A stretch of DNA of 64,000 bases, from assembly GCA_043228905.1 (NCBI GenBank), contig JBHGNT010000009.1, forward strand, positions 20,150,001 to 20,214,000, written 5' to 3'. Under the pieces are notes generated by a model. It was not told the origin of the DNA and searched no databases. It saw only the letters and a list, made by a program, of their open reading frames with translations. The position numbers and the translations under genes were made by a program. Below, one piece after another: positions 39,301-49,791 of the stretch. The stretch is from Azolla caroliniana (taxonomy: Eukaryota > Plantae > Polypodiophyta). Numbering within the stretch: position 1 is the stretch's first letter; every line of letters begins with the position of its first letter.

Positions 39301-39625
39301 CTATATTTAAAACACTTAAGATAAGTTAATGTAATGGTAAGGTTGAGGTTTGTCAACGTGGAGGTGCAGAGTTTGAATCACGCTCTGCGCAGTAGTGAGT
39401 ATTTCCTTCTTTTTTACATTTATGTCTCTTTATCCGGCTCTTCCTTGCCGGTATGCCGTTTTCTTCCTTGCCGGTATGCCGTTTTTCCTCCTTGCCGGTA
39501 TGCCGTTTTCCTCCTTGCCGGTATGCCGTTTTCTTCCGGTTCTCACCGAGCACTCCATTCTCTATCCGGAGGGACAAAAATATAATTTCCGCATAGTGTG
39601 CAACCTACACTACGACACCAAATGA

Positions 39626-40271
39626 TGTCGCGAAGATTCGCGCGTGCGTGTGCTACTCGAGCGACCACCGGGGTCTTGGACTGGGGAGGACGTTCGCGGA
39701 ATTATCGATGCTAGATGACGATCAATGTAAGATTAGACGGAATTTGTTCACTTGAGAAGAAGAAAGCTTGTACACTTGAGAAGTAGAAAAATATGAAGAA
39801 GATAAAGACAAATATTATATTGATGATAATGGTGTTGGTGATATCACATATTGAGCCCCCCTTACACAAGCCCAACTAGAGGCTTTTATAGGTCTTTCCA
39901 TGCTCGTGACATGCACATAACCATGGGCTAAAACCATGGTTTTGTGCACACGGTTTTGCTTATGTCATGCACAAACCATGGGTTTAAAACCATGGTTTTG
40001 TGCACATGGTTTTCTATGGTTGTTTCCTCTATAATTTGTATATGAAAAGGAAATACATAAAATTTACACTATATGATAGTTGTCGTAGTGGTAAGGCAAT
40101 TATCTTGTATGTTAGAGGTGCAAGGTTCAAACCTTGCTTGCACCCCTCTGTATGAACTCAAGTGCCACTAGGCCTTAGGAGGCTTATTTGCTAAGTGTAT
40201 GTGCAATGTTGCACATCCTTGGTTTATTCGTCTCACTCGGTTTCACACCGTAGCCGAAAATCGTCACGACA
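39626..40271 (-). mobile_element. Third, heterologous LTR ('E', 646 bp) inside element D
   Basis: Termini tgtcgcga...tcacgaca. PPT (minus strand tttggtgggggtgga) abuts 40271, and an 8-nt PBS-start remnant (minus strand tcatttgg) abuts 39626. Shares the accaccggggtcttggact motif with LTR-D. Confidence 0.85.
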
Positions 40272-40462
40272 TCCACCCCCACCAAACCCGCACATCCTCC
40301 GGTATGTGCCGAGAAAGGTGAAGAGGTGAGATCTTTGGCAACGGTGATCAACCGAGTTCCTCTGCACGCTCGTCGACCTCGTCTGACTTCGTCTTCCACT
40401 TCGAGTATGCGCAATCTTTCCAACCGAACCACCGTAGCCACCCGATCCACCATATCCGGCGC

Positions 40463-42469
40463 TCACACCTTCTTCCCCCGATCGGTTGTAGTAGATCTAC
40501 CGAACGATGTCGTCGATACGACCGCTCTTCCTTCGTCCACCGCGCGTGTCCTTCGATTGGACTCCTGGCCACTCCTCACGCTCACCGTCTTCAACTGGGT
40601 ATTGTAGATCGTTCGTGTCGATCTCCGATTAGGCCGGGTTTGCCCTTGTCCGGATCGGTCTCCACCGATCGCTTCTTGGCTTGGTTGGCCTTCGTCTGCA
40701 TTCACATTTCGCCGAGTCGGGCTCGATCGATTGATTCTGGCTGGGTCGGCCCCCTTTTGGATCGGAATCGTCCGATCGATTTTCGCCGAATCAGGTTTCG
40801 GCCGGGTCGGCCCCGGTCGATCGGCTCCCATGTGGATCTTCCTTCGTTCGGGTCGGAATCCCGGCCGGATCGTCTTCCGGTTCAACCGGTTCTCGACTCT
40901 TCCTTCCTTCCCGCATGCAACCTCTCCATCGAACTCAACCACAGCTTCATCCTTGGCCTCCACGTCGGCCATATCCTTCCCTCCATGTATGCTCGCTGCG
41001 AGCCATATTGTCTCCTCTTCGCCACCTCCTTTATCTTCGGTCTTATGCCGACACACGGTCTCGACTGCCGAAGTCTCCGGAACCGGTGTGAAGGAATCCC
41101 TTCGTTCATTTACATTTATCTTGTCTTCTTCATCGCCCTTCTGGTCGTCCTCTTTTTTGTCCACACATTCTGTCTCTCCGGTCTCACGTTGACGCACGTG
41201 CACAACCGCCGAAGTCTCTAGATTAGGTGTGGGGATATCCTTTCTTCCTCGATCTTCTTCCTCTTTGTGTTGGGCCTTTGTCTTCCCGTCACCACCTTCC
41301 GTCTCTCCGGTCTCACGTTGGCACACGGGCGCAACCGCCGAAGTCTCTGGAACAATCGTGGAGAAAGTCTTGACATGGCTATCCGTTGTCGACTCGTCCA
41401 TAGCCACCCCCGACTCGATGTCGTTTGTCATGGCTACCTCCTCAATCTCTTCAGACTCAAACACTTTTTCTCCCTCGATCATGCAAGCTTTTCTCATGCT
41501 TGCGCCGTCATCACCCGATGTTTCGTACACAATGCGTGTTCCAAAACATTTATCCTCCCTCGAAGTGGCGTTCGCCGTCCTCGAGTCATCGGCCTCCTCC
41601 TTCGCCGTCGTTTCTTTGTAAGACAAGAAGGTGACTTGTTTCACACCTTCTCTCTCGGTACCGTCATACTGAACCAGAGCCTTTGTATCGGCCACTTCAT
41701 TAACCCGCATTTGTTGGGAGGTCTCTTCTTCCTCGATCACCATTCGCCTCGGTTTTGTCTCCCTTCTAAGTTTCATTTCTTTTGTTTGTGGCGCGTTGTT
41801 GCATCTCGTCCCTCTTCGATCGTCCCTCATGGGCCGTCTTGTTGTCGTCGATATTCTCGCTTGCCCCTTATCGTGTAGTCGGCATACACTTTCCACTTTG
41901 CTCCAATCCTCGATGAGGCCATTTGCACCATCATCTTCTTCGAGTTTGAGGCCGATCGCCATCCTTTCCATTCGATCGATTGACTTCACAAACATAAGGA
42001 CCTTATCGACCCCCACCAATCTTTGTTCCCGCTCCGACAATTGAGAAAAATGATGCTCGAAGTCTACGAATGCTTGTGTCGCACCTTGGTGGGTCTTCGT
42101 TGATGTCACCCATTGGTCGAAGTTGCGTCGATCTTGTCCCTTTTGCCTCTCATAGCCATATTCCTCCAATAGAGCCTCCTCGAAAGTCGCCCACGAATCA
42201 TGAGCTTCTAGAAGCTCTGTTACATCTTTGAAGATCGGTTGAGACACCACCCGACAAAAGTACTCTAGCCTCATAGCTTTGTCCACACCTCTTGAATCCA
42301 TCTCCGCATTGTATACTTTTAGGAAACTTTGGACTTCGGCACCGTTGAAATAGCTCATTCGTTCGACTACTTTGTCGACGGCTTGTTGGGCTTCATTTCT
42401 TCTTTTCTCTTCTCTCAGAAACTCCATCATCCTTCTTGACATTGCCTCCATGAGATATTCGCCATCCAT
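40463..42469 (-). CDS. Gag-like protein (668 aa) of element D with acidic, repeat-containing C-terminal half
   Basis: Uninterrupted ORF starting ~20 nt after the PBS. N-terminal retrotransposon-gag-like region (FNGAEVQSFLKVY...SWATFEEALLEEY). Three ETSAV..V..RET repeats. No PR/RT/IN motifs. Confidence 0.75.
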   Translation of the reverse strand: MDGEYLMEAMSRRMMEFLREEKRRNEAQQAVDKVVERMSYFNGAEVQSFLKVYNAEMDSRGVDKAMRLEYFCRVVSQPIFKDVTELLEAHDSWATFEEALLEEYGYERQKGQDRRNFDQWVTSTKTHQGATQAFVDFEHHFSQLSEREQRLVGVDKVLMFVKSIDRMERMAIGLKLEEDDGANGLIEDWSKVESVCRLHDKGQARISTTTRRPMRDDRRGTRCNNAPQTKEMKLRRETKPRRMVIEEEETSQQMRVNEVADTKALVQYDGTEREGVKQVTFLSYKETTAKEEADDSRTANATSREDKCFGTRIVYETSGDDGASMRKACMIEGEKVFESEEIEEVAMTNDIESGVAMDESTTDSHVKTFSTIVPETSAVAPVCQRETGETEGGDGKTKAQHKEEEDRGRKDIPTPNLETSAVVHVRQRETGETECVDKKEDDQKGDEEDKINVNERRDSFTPVPETSAVETVCRHKTEDKGGGEEETIWLAASIHGGKDMADVEAKDEAVVEFDGEVACGKEGRVENRLNRKTIRPGFRPERRKIHMGADRPGPTRPKPDSAKIDRTIPIQKGADPARINRSSPTRRNVNADEGQPSQEAIGGDRSGQGQTRPNRRSTRTIYNTQLKTVSVRSGQESNRRTRAVDEGRAVVSTTSFGRSTTTDRGKKV

Positions 42470-42490
42470 CTTTGTCCTCCCCTACTGCTC

Positions 42491-42508
42491 TTCACGTCGG
42501 GTTCACCA
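42491..42508 (-). promoter_or_regulatory. Primer binding site complementary to tRNA-Trp
   Basis: Plus strand ttcacgtcgggttcacca equals the 3' 18 nt (including CCA) of plant cytosolic tRNA-Trp; it lies 4 nt from the LTR end. Confidence 0.85.
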
Positions 42509-43844
42509 AATGTGTCGTGCCTTTCGGCTCCGGATCGTTGTGTGAGTCGGGTGGGAACCACAGAGGTCTTGGACTAGGAGAAAGAAGTTCATGAGATAGA
42601 GATTAATAATGAGTAAATAGCAAAGAGAAAGATAAGAAACTCGTGAATCACACGAGTATACTATATTAATTGGTACTTAGGGTGTTAAGAGAGAAGTAGA
42701 TGTATAAATCGTGAATCCCACGAATAATTTTTGTATTAATTAATCCTTAGTCCAAATAATCAACAACTCTTTACATATTTCTCTCCTCCTTATATAAGGA
42801 AGGAAGAGCTAAGCATGGCTTCATGCTTTTTTTTTACAAAAAGTGTTCATGTCCACTAAATGTGCATGTGATGCTTTTTTATTTCCTAAGTATAGGGCTC
42901 ATGCACGCTAGATGTGCATGAGTTATTTTTAGTGTCTCGTGTTTTTTCTTTTTCATATATTAAAGAAATACACGATTTACCTTTTAATAAAGGTATGCAT
43001 AAATAAAGGTCTTATACATATTAAATCTATATTTAAAACACTTAAGATAAGTTAATGTAATGGTAAGGTTGAGGTTTGTCAACGTGGAGGTGCAGAGTTC
43101 GAATCACGCTCTGCGCAGTAGTGAGTGTTTCCTTCTTTTTTACATTTATGTCTCTTTATCCGGCTCTTCCTTGCCGGTATGCCGTTTTCTTCCTTGCCGG
43201 TATGCCGTTTTTCCTCCTTGCCGGTATGCCGTTTTCCTCCTTGCCGGTATGCCGTTTTCTTCCGGTTCTCACCGAGCACTCCATTCTCTATCCGGAGGGA
43301 CAAAAATATAATTTCCGCATAGTGTGCAACCTACACTACGACAGCGTATGTCGACTGCAGAGGTTCTCAACACTCGCGCTCTGATACCATGTAAATGTTA
43401 ACGTGCGGAAGCATTAGACAGAACCGGCTCAGCCGGATAGCAACAGAGAATAAGATGAAGGTTTAATGGAGAAGCTTAATACACAGAGAGTATATGCGGG
43501 AGAGATAGAGAGAGCAGAACGTAAACATAGATTCAAAAATAATCAAAACACTCTATAAACTCTCTGTACATACAATGTGCTTTCACAACTCTATTTATAC
43601 AAGTCCTCAGAAGGACTGAGAGAAGTACAGTGTACTTCAATGTTCCTACGTGCGACTGACACTAACTACGAGACAATGATTACCTAGTAGTCTAGGCTAC
43701 TACTAGGCTTCCGGTTCGCGCTTGAATCCGGCTCTCCGATCCGGCCGGTTGTTTCCAGATACAGATCTGGCTCATCCTTTCGGATGCCGATCTGGCTCAG
43801 GCTTATCTAGCCGATCCGGATCTGGTTGAGGTTGCCGCTCAACA

Positions 43845-44524
43845 TAAGTCTATTGTAGGCCCAGACATGGATACATGTGCCTACTTCACGACGGCCATCA
43901 TGATTATTGTCGTGCTTATTGGAATCAAGGTTCCTACTCGGATTGCCATCATGTGGGGAGGTTCAATATAATACAAAACACTCATGTCATTTGCTATAGG
44001 GTCTACTTTTCCATTTACTATAGGAGGACTTACTTGTATAGTCTCGGCTAATTTCAGAAGTTGTTGCTCTATATGATACTTATCACGTGGCTGCATATTC
44101 CTATCATGCATTTCTTACGGGAGCTGTTTCTGCTTTATTCGTAGGGTTCTACTATCGGATAGGTAAAATGCCTGGTCTTTAATACCTAGAGACTTCGGGT
44201 TAAATTTATCTTTGGATTACTTTCATTGGAGCGAATCTGACTCTCTCTCTCACGCACCTCGGGCATGCCATGTTGCATCCCTGATTATCCAGATGCTTAC
44301 TTCAGACGGAATGCCTCAAGTAGTTTCGGCCCTTATGTTCTCGTACCGGGGATCCCTCGTTCTTTCGTAGTAGTTTTCAAAACTTCAAGCAATGGGAACA
44401 AGTGTGCTCTAAGTCCTCGGGCTGGTGAATAGAATTCAACCACATTCTGATGGATGGTATAAAGCCCTCCAACTTTTCCTACTTTTGGAGAACTTTCTGC
44501 TATCACGGAAACTGGTCTTAAGCA
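43845..44524 (+). pseudogene. cox1: NUMT: mitochondrial cox1 fragment, part 2 (to the C-terminus)
   Basis: Continues cox1 after the TSD: ..DT.AYFTA..MII..GIK...MWGGSI..KT.M.FA.G...TIGGLT...DTY.VAA...PDYPDAY..NA.SSFG...WMV.SPP.F.TFGEL.AI.E. Confidence 0.93.
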
Positions 44525-44532
44525 ACCAGAAC

Positions 44533-44913
44533 TAACAATGGGCGCAGTTCGGTTTCTTGGCCTTGAAACCAAACCAAACCATTTATTTATATTAAAAACC
44601 AAACCAAACTGTTTAAATTTTATGAAGCCATTTAAACCAAACCATTTATGAAAAATTTAGAACCAAACCAAATCGGTTTATCATAAATCAAAACCAAACC
44701 AAACCTATAAACCTTAAAACCTTCTAAACTTTTAAACCTTTAAACCAAACCACATAAGCCGAAACAACTAAACCGTGAAATTCAAAACCAAACCAAACTG
44801 GATCATAATATTTGAAACCAAACCAAATGGTTTATTTATCTTTGAACCAATAAACTGTTAAGCCATGGCTTAACAGTTCGGTTCGGTTTGAGCCGAAACC
44901 GTGCCCATTGCTA
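44533..44913. mobile_element. hAT-type MITE (381 bp)
   Basis: TIRs taacaatgggc.../...gcccattgcta, 8-bp TSD accagaac (44525-44532)/accggaac (44914-44921), many subterminal aaacc repeats. Confidence 0.88.
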
Positions 44914-45019
44914 ACCGGAACCACCGAATGGAACATGCCTGATTCCTATTTTTCGCTGCTTGTAACCTTGCCCTTAGTTGTCAATTTTGGTTATGCAAAT
45001 CACTTTGGCGTTCAGCCAT

Positions 45020-46041
45020 GTATCATCATCGGGTCCTCCCCAATGATAAGCTTGGTGCTTGACCGGTAGAGAAAAGTGGTATGCATCCACAAAAGACCAG
45101 CAGATCCTGCAACGAAGACAACTTACTTTGCACCCATCCATGCCGACTACTAGGAAAGATGTTTACCCCTTCCATTCTCTTGCTTCGATCAAGACGTCTA
45201 CTACTAATGAACACTTATTAGTGTATCCATGCATAAAACTCACGAAGAGGTCAATTAAAGGTTGCAACTTTAATCCCTGCTTCTTGGCACTGCATGTGTT
45301 TTGAAGGTGTGTGTTGCTCCATTTTCTACCATTGCCTCGCAACTATGTCCATTTAATTTTACGTTGAGAAAGAGATTTCGTGTTTTTGAGTTTGACTGGG
45401 AGATGGCAGTTCCTACATGTACAATGGCATCTTCTCCTTCTTCCTCATATTGTGGTGCTACCACTTCCATGTTCTCCTCAAACCCTTCCTCGAGCTCTAT
45501 TAACTCGAGTTGTGAGGTGGTTGCCCGCACAATTAGTTGCTTCTATTTTGGAAAACTCGAACGCTAGGTGAGGGCCTCCACACTCAAAACAACCTCACTT
45601 GACTAGTGGGGTCCCTTGTATTGTATTTGAAGTGGGACTACCCAATTGTCCTTAGGCTTGAATGATCCTAAGTTATTGCGGTGGTTATCGGTGTTGCCTA
45701 ATCTCGGACCTCCTTCTGCATGCTTTCTCCCTTGCGGATCTTCCATATTTGGTCTTCCACACATAACCTCCCGCCCTCCCGTTCCGTGCACTCTTGCTAG
45801 CCTTGGTCTAGTGAGATCTCCCCCAATGGTGTGCCTCCTCCATTCCCGGGAGTCGATCCCTCTTCTTCGCCTTCTTTTTGCTATTGGTTAGATGAGAAAA
45901 AAAAATTGTCTTGTATCTTTGTGATTACCTTGACTCCTTTCATGGTGTCATCTACTACTTTTGTGTACTATATTTGTCTTGCTTCTTCAAAATCTTTTTG
46001 CTAGAATGGCCCATCAATCCTAACCACGCTCCAATACCCAG
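45020..46041 (-). mobile_element. Degenerate Ty3/gypsy gag-protease fragment
   Basis: LFLNVKLNGHSCEAMVENGATHTF (aspartic protease-like), a preceding knuckle remnant, and a decayed Met-type PBS near 46026-46041. Confidence 0.6.
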
Positions 46042-47541
46042 TTTTACGCCACTGACAAAGAATAAGAGAAAGATATTGCATTCAATGGAAGTGGAAATGA
46101 CAAATAGTAAATACTAACAAGTAATGACACTAATTTCCAAACTAGGAACTATCCTTCGAGGATGATAGCTACTTCCTTTAATAGAGGTTCGTTGGAAAGC
46201 CCAAACGTTCGTGAGATGAACCGTTTGTACAACCAAGATTTATTTTAATAATCTGTTCTTTTATTTTATGTGAATGTAACTGTCGTAACACTAATACACA
46301 CTTTGTTATATATTGTACTATATATTCACTCCCAAAAGTACTTGAATCCACACATACACACACATTCAAATAGACTCTAATAAACATTCACACTCCTATA
46401 AATTTACACATACATAAAATATTTAAACATACTTGCAAATACAAACCTACAAGAAATTACAAACATTTACATATATGTCATATTATACTATCACTTATTT
46501 GCACTTGTACAATTGAATGCACACACTTGCACAAAATTACTTAACCTAGATGTGGAAATACATACATGAAAATTACATAAAGTTAGTGTATTGTTAACAA
46601 ATATCCTGAAGAGCTTCCATTCACTTGTGCGCTACTACATTCTCAAAAAAGGCGAAATTCTAAGTGCTTCAACATGTATCAAGTGAAAAAGTAATCACAT
46701 GCATTACTACATCAAGGACATTGCCTTCTCTATTCTAGGTCCCGAATGGTTTAGGGTTTATGGTTTGACCATTTTTCTTTCCCTTATAGAGATTAGTTCT
46801 TACCCATTACTCTTGGGTTAACCTTAGCTACACAAAACCAAATCAAGCATGATTGGAAGCATTAGTTGGTCTCCTTTTAATGAGAAAAAACCAAAGTGAT
46901 GTTATCCGCTCAGGTTGGATCACACCATTCCTTGATTGGTCAATCACCTTGCTGCACATGAAGAGGGTTAAAATGTTGGGTGTACGACCATCCTTGTCCA
47001 AGAACCCCTAAATAGTCATTCTATTCCATATTGATATATTGCAAGAGTTGAATAATGATGCAAACTATTATAGGCAACTTAGGGACCATTTCTATTCCTA
47101 ATTTTAATGCATTAAGGGTAGGATACCTAGAAACTAATTAACCTAAGAACTCGAACAATCCCATAAGGACCCATGGAACATGGGAAATCGTGGTGATCTT
47201 TGAAGTGTTCGGTGTTGGTTTACGTATAGAGGGGATTACCCACCCCCTTCATTTTGACATTTTGAGATGAAGTTGAGACCCTATTGGTGAGGCTAAGCTC
47301 TCTACTTTTGTATTTGTTATTGAACAATCAAGGTAGAGTCGGACACTGATGACATTTATGTTTCTCTCATGTGTTGCTCCACTCGGGAGTGATCAATGTG
47401 GTTAAGCACCCTTAATATCTTATTCTCCTTAATGTCTTATCCTTTTGCTCATAATCTGTAATACAAACCTTGAGGGTCAATATTATATATTGTCATGGCC
47501 TTGGCACGTAATGTCATTGACACCAACATCATGGATGACAT

Positions 47542-47928
47542 TGTTAGGAAACAGGTCCCTCCGAATGGGAAGTGAGAAGAACAATGTCGATGAGCAAACT
47601 CGGCCGAGGCCGATAGGCCAAGGCCAAAATCGGATGTGGAGTACCCGGCAACAGAAGACCCGGTGAGAACCGGACGTGGAGTACCCGGTTACGGAAGACC
47701 CAGTGAGAACTGGATGACGAGTACCCGGCAAGAGCCGGATGGTGAAGGCCCGGTGAGAAGTGCTCACCGGCTGAAGGGACATATTCGTAAATATGTTTTC
47801 TGAGAGTCCATCGGGGCTATATTTGTAAATAGCCGAAAAGTCATATTAGTATAAATATGACTTAGGGCAAACTTAGTGGTATTGTAGTTGTCATTCTTGT
47901 TGGTGCAGGATTTGAGTGTGTAACTGTG

Positions 47929-47984
<56 letters not shown>

Positions 47985-48205
47985 GAGGTCGTTGCCTCGG
48001 TGCTTCACTATTGTACATTGTGATATAGTGATAGTTTGCAGTCTGTGGGTTGCCGTGATTTTTCCCTAGTTTGGGTTTTTTCCACGTTAACATCCTGTGT
48101 ACTCTTCTCTTCACTGTGTCGTGCGTACCTTACCCGTTTTCTGTGTTTGATCCTAGACTCGGTTGTGGCCGAGCGTTGTGTTCAAGGGAGCGTGTATTCC
48201 TGTCA
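47542..48205 (+). mobile_element. Solo LTR (664 bp), copia-type
   Basis: Termini tgttaggaa...ttcctgtca, perfect 5-bp TSD GACAT (47537-47541, 48206-48210), internal ~39-bp repeats and a (GA)n tract. U5 motif ttttccacgt shared with the LTR of element F. Confidence 0.9.
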
Positions 48206-48509
48206 GACATCGAAGCTTATTCCATGGGGTTCATGGAATTGACCTAGGTGGAATTATTGGTAGAACTTGCTATGGTATGTGATGTACTCAATAGTGAGAT
48301 ATAGTAGTTGAGGATGTTGTAGGAAAAAGAGCGAGAAGTACTTCAAATTTAGAGGACGACCTAAAGCCACTTCAACATATTGCTAAGTGTAAGTCACCAA
48401 ACTTTCACCACTAACTTTGATACTATATAAGAATGTATTAACCTTACCATACAAGGATAATAAGATTTAAAACCCAATTTCTATCAACACAAGCTAGAAC
48501 TCAAATTTG

Positions 48510-48960
48510 ATGTGACTAGAGTTTACCATGACCAATATCCATTGAACCCCAACTATGTGTTGCAGGTTAAGGAGGATATCAATAAGCTTCTCTATGTCGG
48601 ATTCATTAATGAATACAAGATAACTCATCCGAAATTTGGTTGTCCCCAAGAGGAATGGAACAGTCAAGGTTGTGTAGAATACCAAAGCTCAATGTCATCG
48701 TTGTCATATTTGACCCTTTTCCTTATCCTTCATTGACTCCATTCTAGGTAAAAGCATGAATTTGTGTTTCCTGAATGGGTTTGATCATTATAACAAGGTC
48801 TACATGATATTAACATTAGGAGAACTTTACATTCATCATCAAATATAGAGTGATTGTCTTGGTTGTCATGATATTTGAATTGAAAACAAGTTAGAAAACA
48901 TTCCAACATATCATCGTCGATATAATCCAACCATTCACCAAGCCCCATTCATGCAAGTTA
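48510..48960 (+). mobile_element. Degenerate gypsy RT remnant
   Basis: YPLNPNYVLQVKEDINKLLYVGFI resembles the start of a gypsy RT domain. Confidence 0.55.
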
Positions 48961-49629
48961 TATCAAATCTCTTTGTGGTGTTTAGGCATATGTGTGATGA
49001 CTTACAAAATATATTTGGGCATGATTGCAAGTATGTATTAGAAGTAGTCTAAGAAACCTTGGGCAAAGTGATTAGCTACACATGCTTGTTCATGGTTAAC
49101 ATAGTATCATGGTGGTCATTGGTCACCATTTATGTATGTTCTTCATTTGAATGCTACAAATAAGGTGGACAACTACTCTCTATTTGAACTTTTTACCAAA
49201 TGTGAAAATCTAGGATATTAAGTAAACAAAGGAATTGACAATATCTGAATTACTTTTAAGCTTTAAATTAGATGTCAAATTAGAAGCCTTGTTGTATCAT
49301 TAGAGAATTTGTCACATGATATGAAGTTATGATTCTGCACTTGTTGCACAACACATTGCATGCCAAGGGAATTACCTTGACATGTAACCATACTCACTTG
49401 CAAATATATAATGGATGTCATTGCTTGATTTTGCAGCCCATAAAGATCTTTTTATGAAAGGGACGAAAACATTTTGTGTGATGCTTCTACATAGTTAGTG
49501 CTTATACTATATGAATATTGCTTGAAAAGTAGCTTATTGAACCACCTATTACACCACAACCTTGGAAAATAACTAGTAGGGGCGTGCGTGTATAATGATT
49601 AGTGATTAATAGTAGCATTTGATGATGAC

Positions 49630-49706
49630 CATTACGTGGTGCCAAGTGGACACATCCATGCATAAATCATTTGCATGCCATTTTAATATGTAGATCATAT
49701 ATAGAC
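49630..49706 (+). promoter_or_regulatory. Proximal promoter of cupin gene 1 with ABRE-like, RY and TATA motifs
   Basis: ACGTGG 49634-49639, CATGCA 49657-49662, TGCATG 49672-49677, TATATA ~49698. Both RY motifs are conserved in copy 2 (63351-63356, 63365-63370). Confidence 0.5.
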
Positions 49707-49791
49707 ACTCTAAAAGGTATGCCCTCCTCAATTTCAAGTTTTGTTGTATCACATCTATATCCTATCTGTTAGACAAACATATCCCTTCAAT

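Larger units (their letters stand above)
38787..43343 (-). mobile_element. Young non-autonomous gag-only LTR retrotransposon 'D' nested in the leader of copia B
   Basis: 831-bp LTRs 38787-39617 and 42513-43343, differing at about 4 transitions by eye. 4-bp TSD GCGT (38783-38786, 43344-43347). 18-nt PBS. Single ORF, no pol. Confidence 0.93.
33317..43844 (-). mobile_element. Full-length but decayed Ty1/copia element 'B' inserted in the cox1 NUMT
   Basis: LTRs 33317-33782 and 43390-43844 (TG..CA), 5-bp TSD TAAGT (33312-33316, 43845-43849), tRNA-iMet PBS tggtatcagagc (43389-43378), PPT next to 33783. gag-PR-IN-RT-RH fragments at 34450-38780. Confidence 0.95.

Noticed and set aside
39321-39395. 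A true tRNA gene in LTR-D
   Set aside because: No convincing acceptor stem or canonical anticodon arm; only A/B-box-like parts are present, so it is reported as a tRNA-like module.
39440-39540. Four 23-24 bp repeats as a possible CRISPR-like array
   Set aside because: Head-to-tail with no unique spacers, inside an LTR, in a eukaryotic context.
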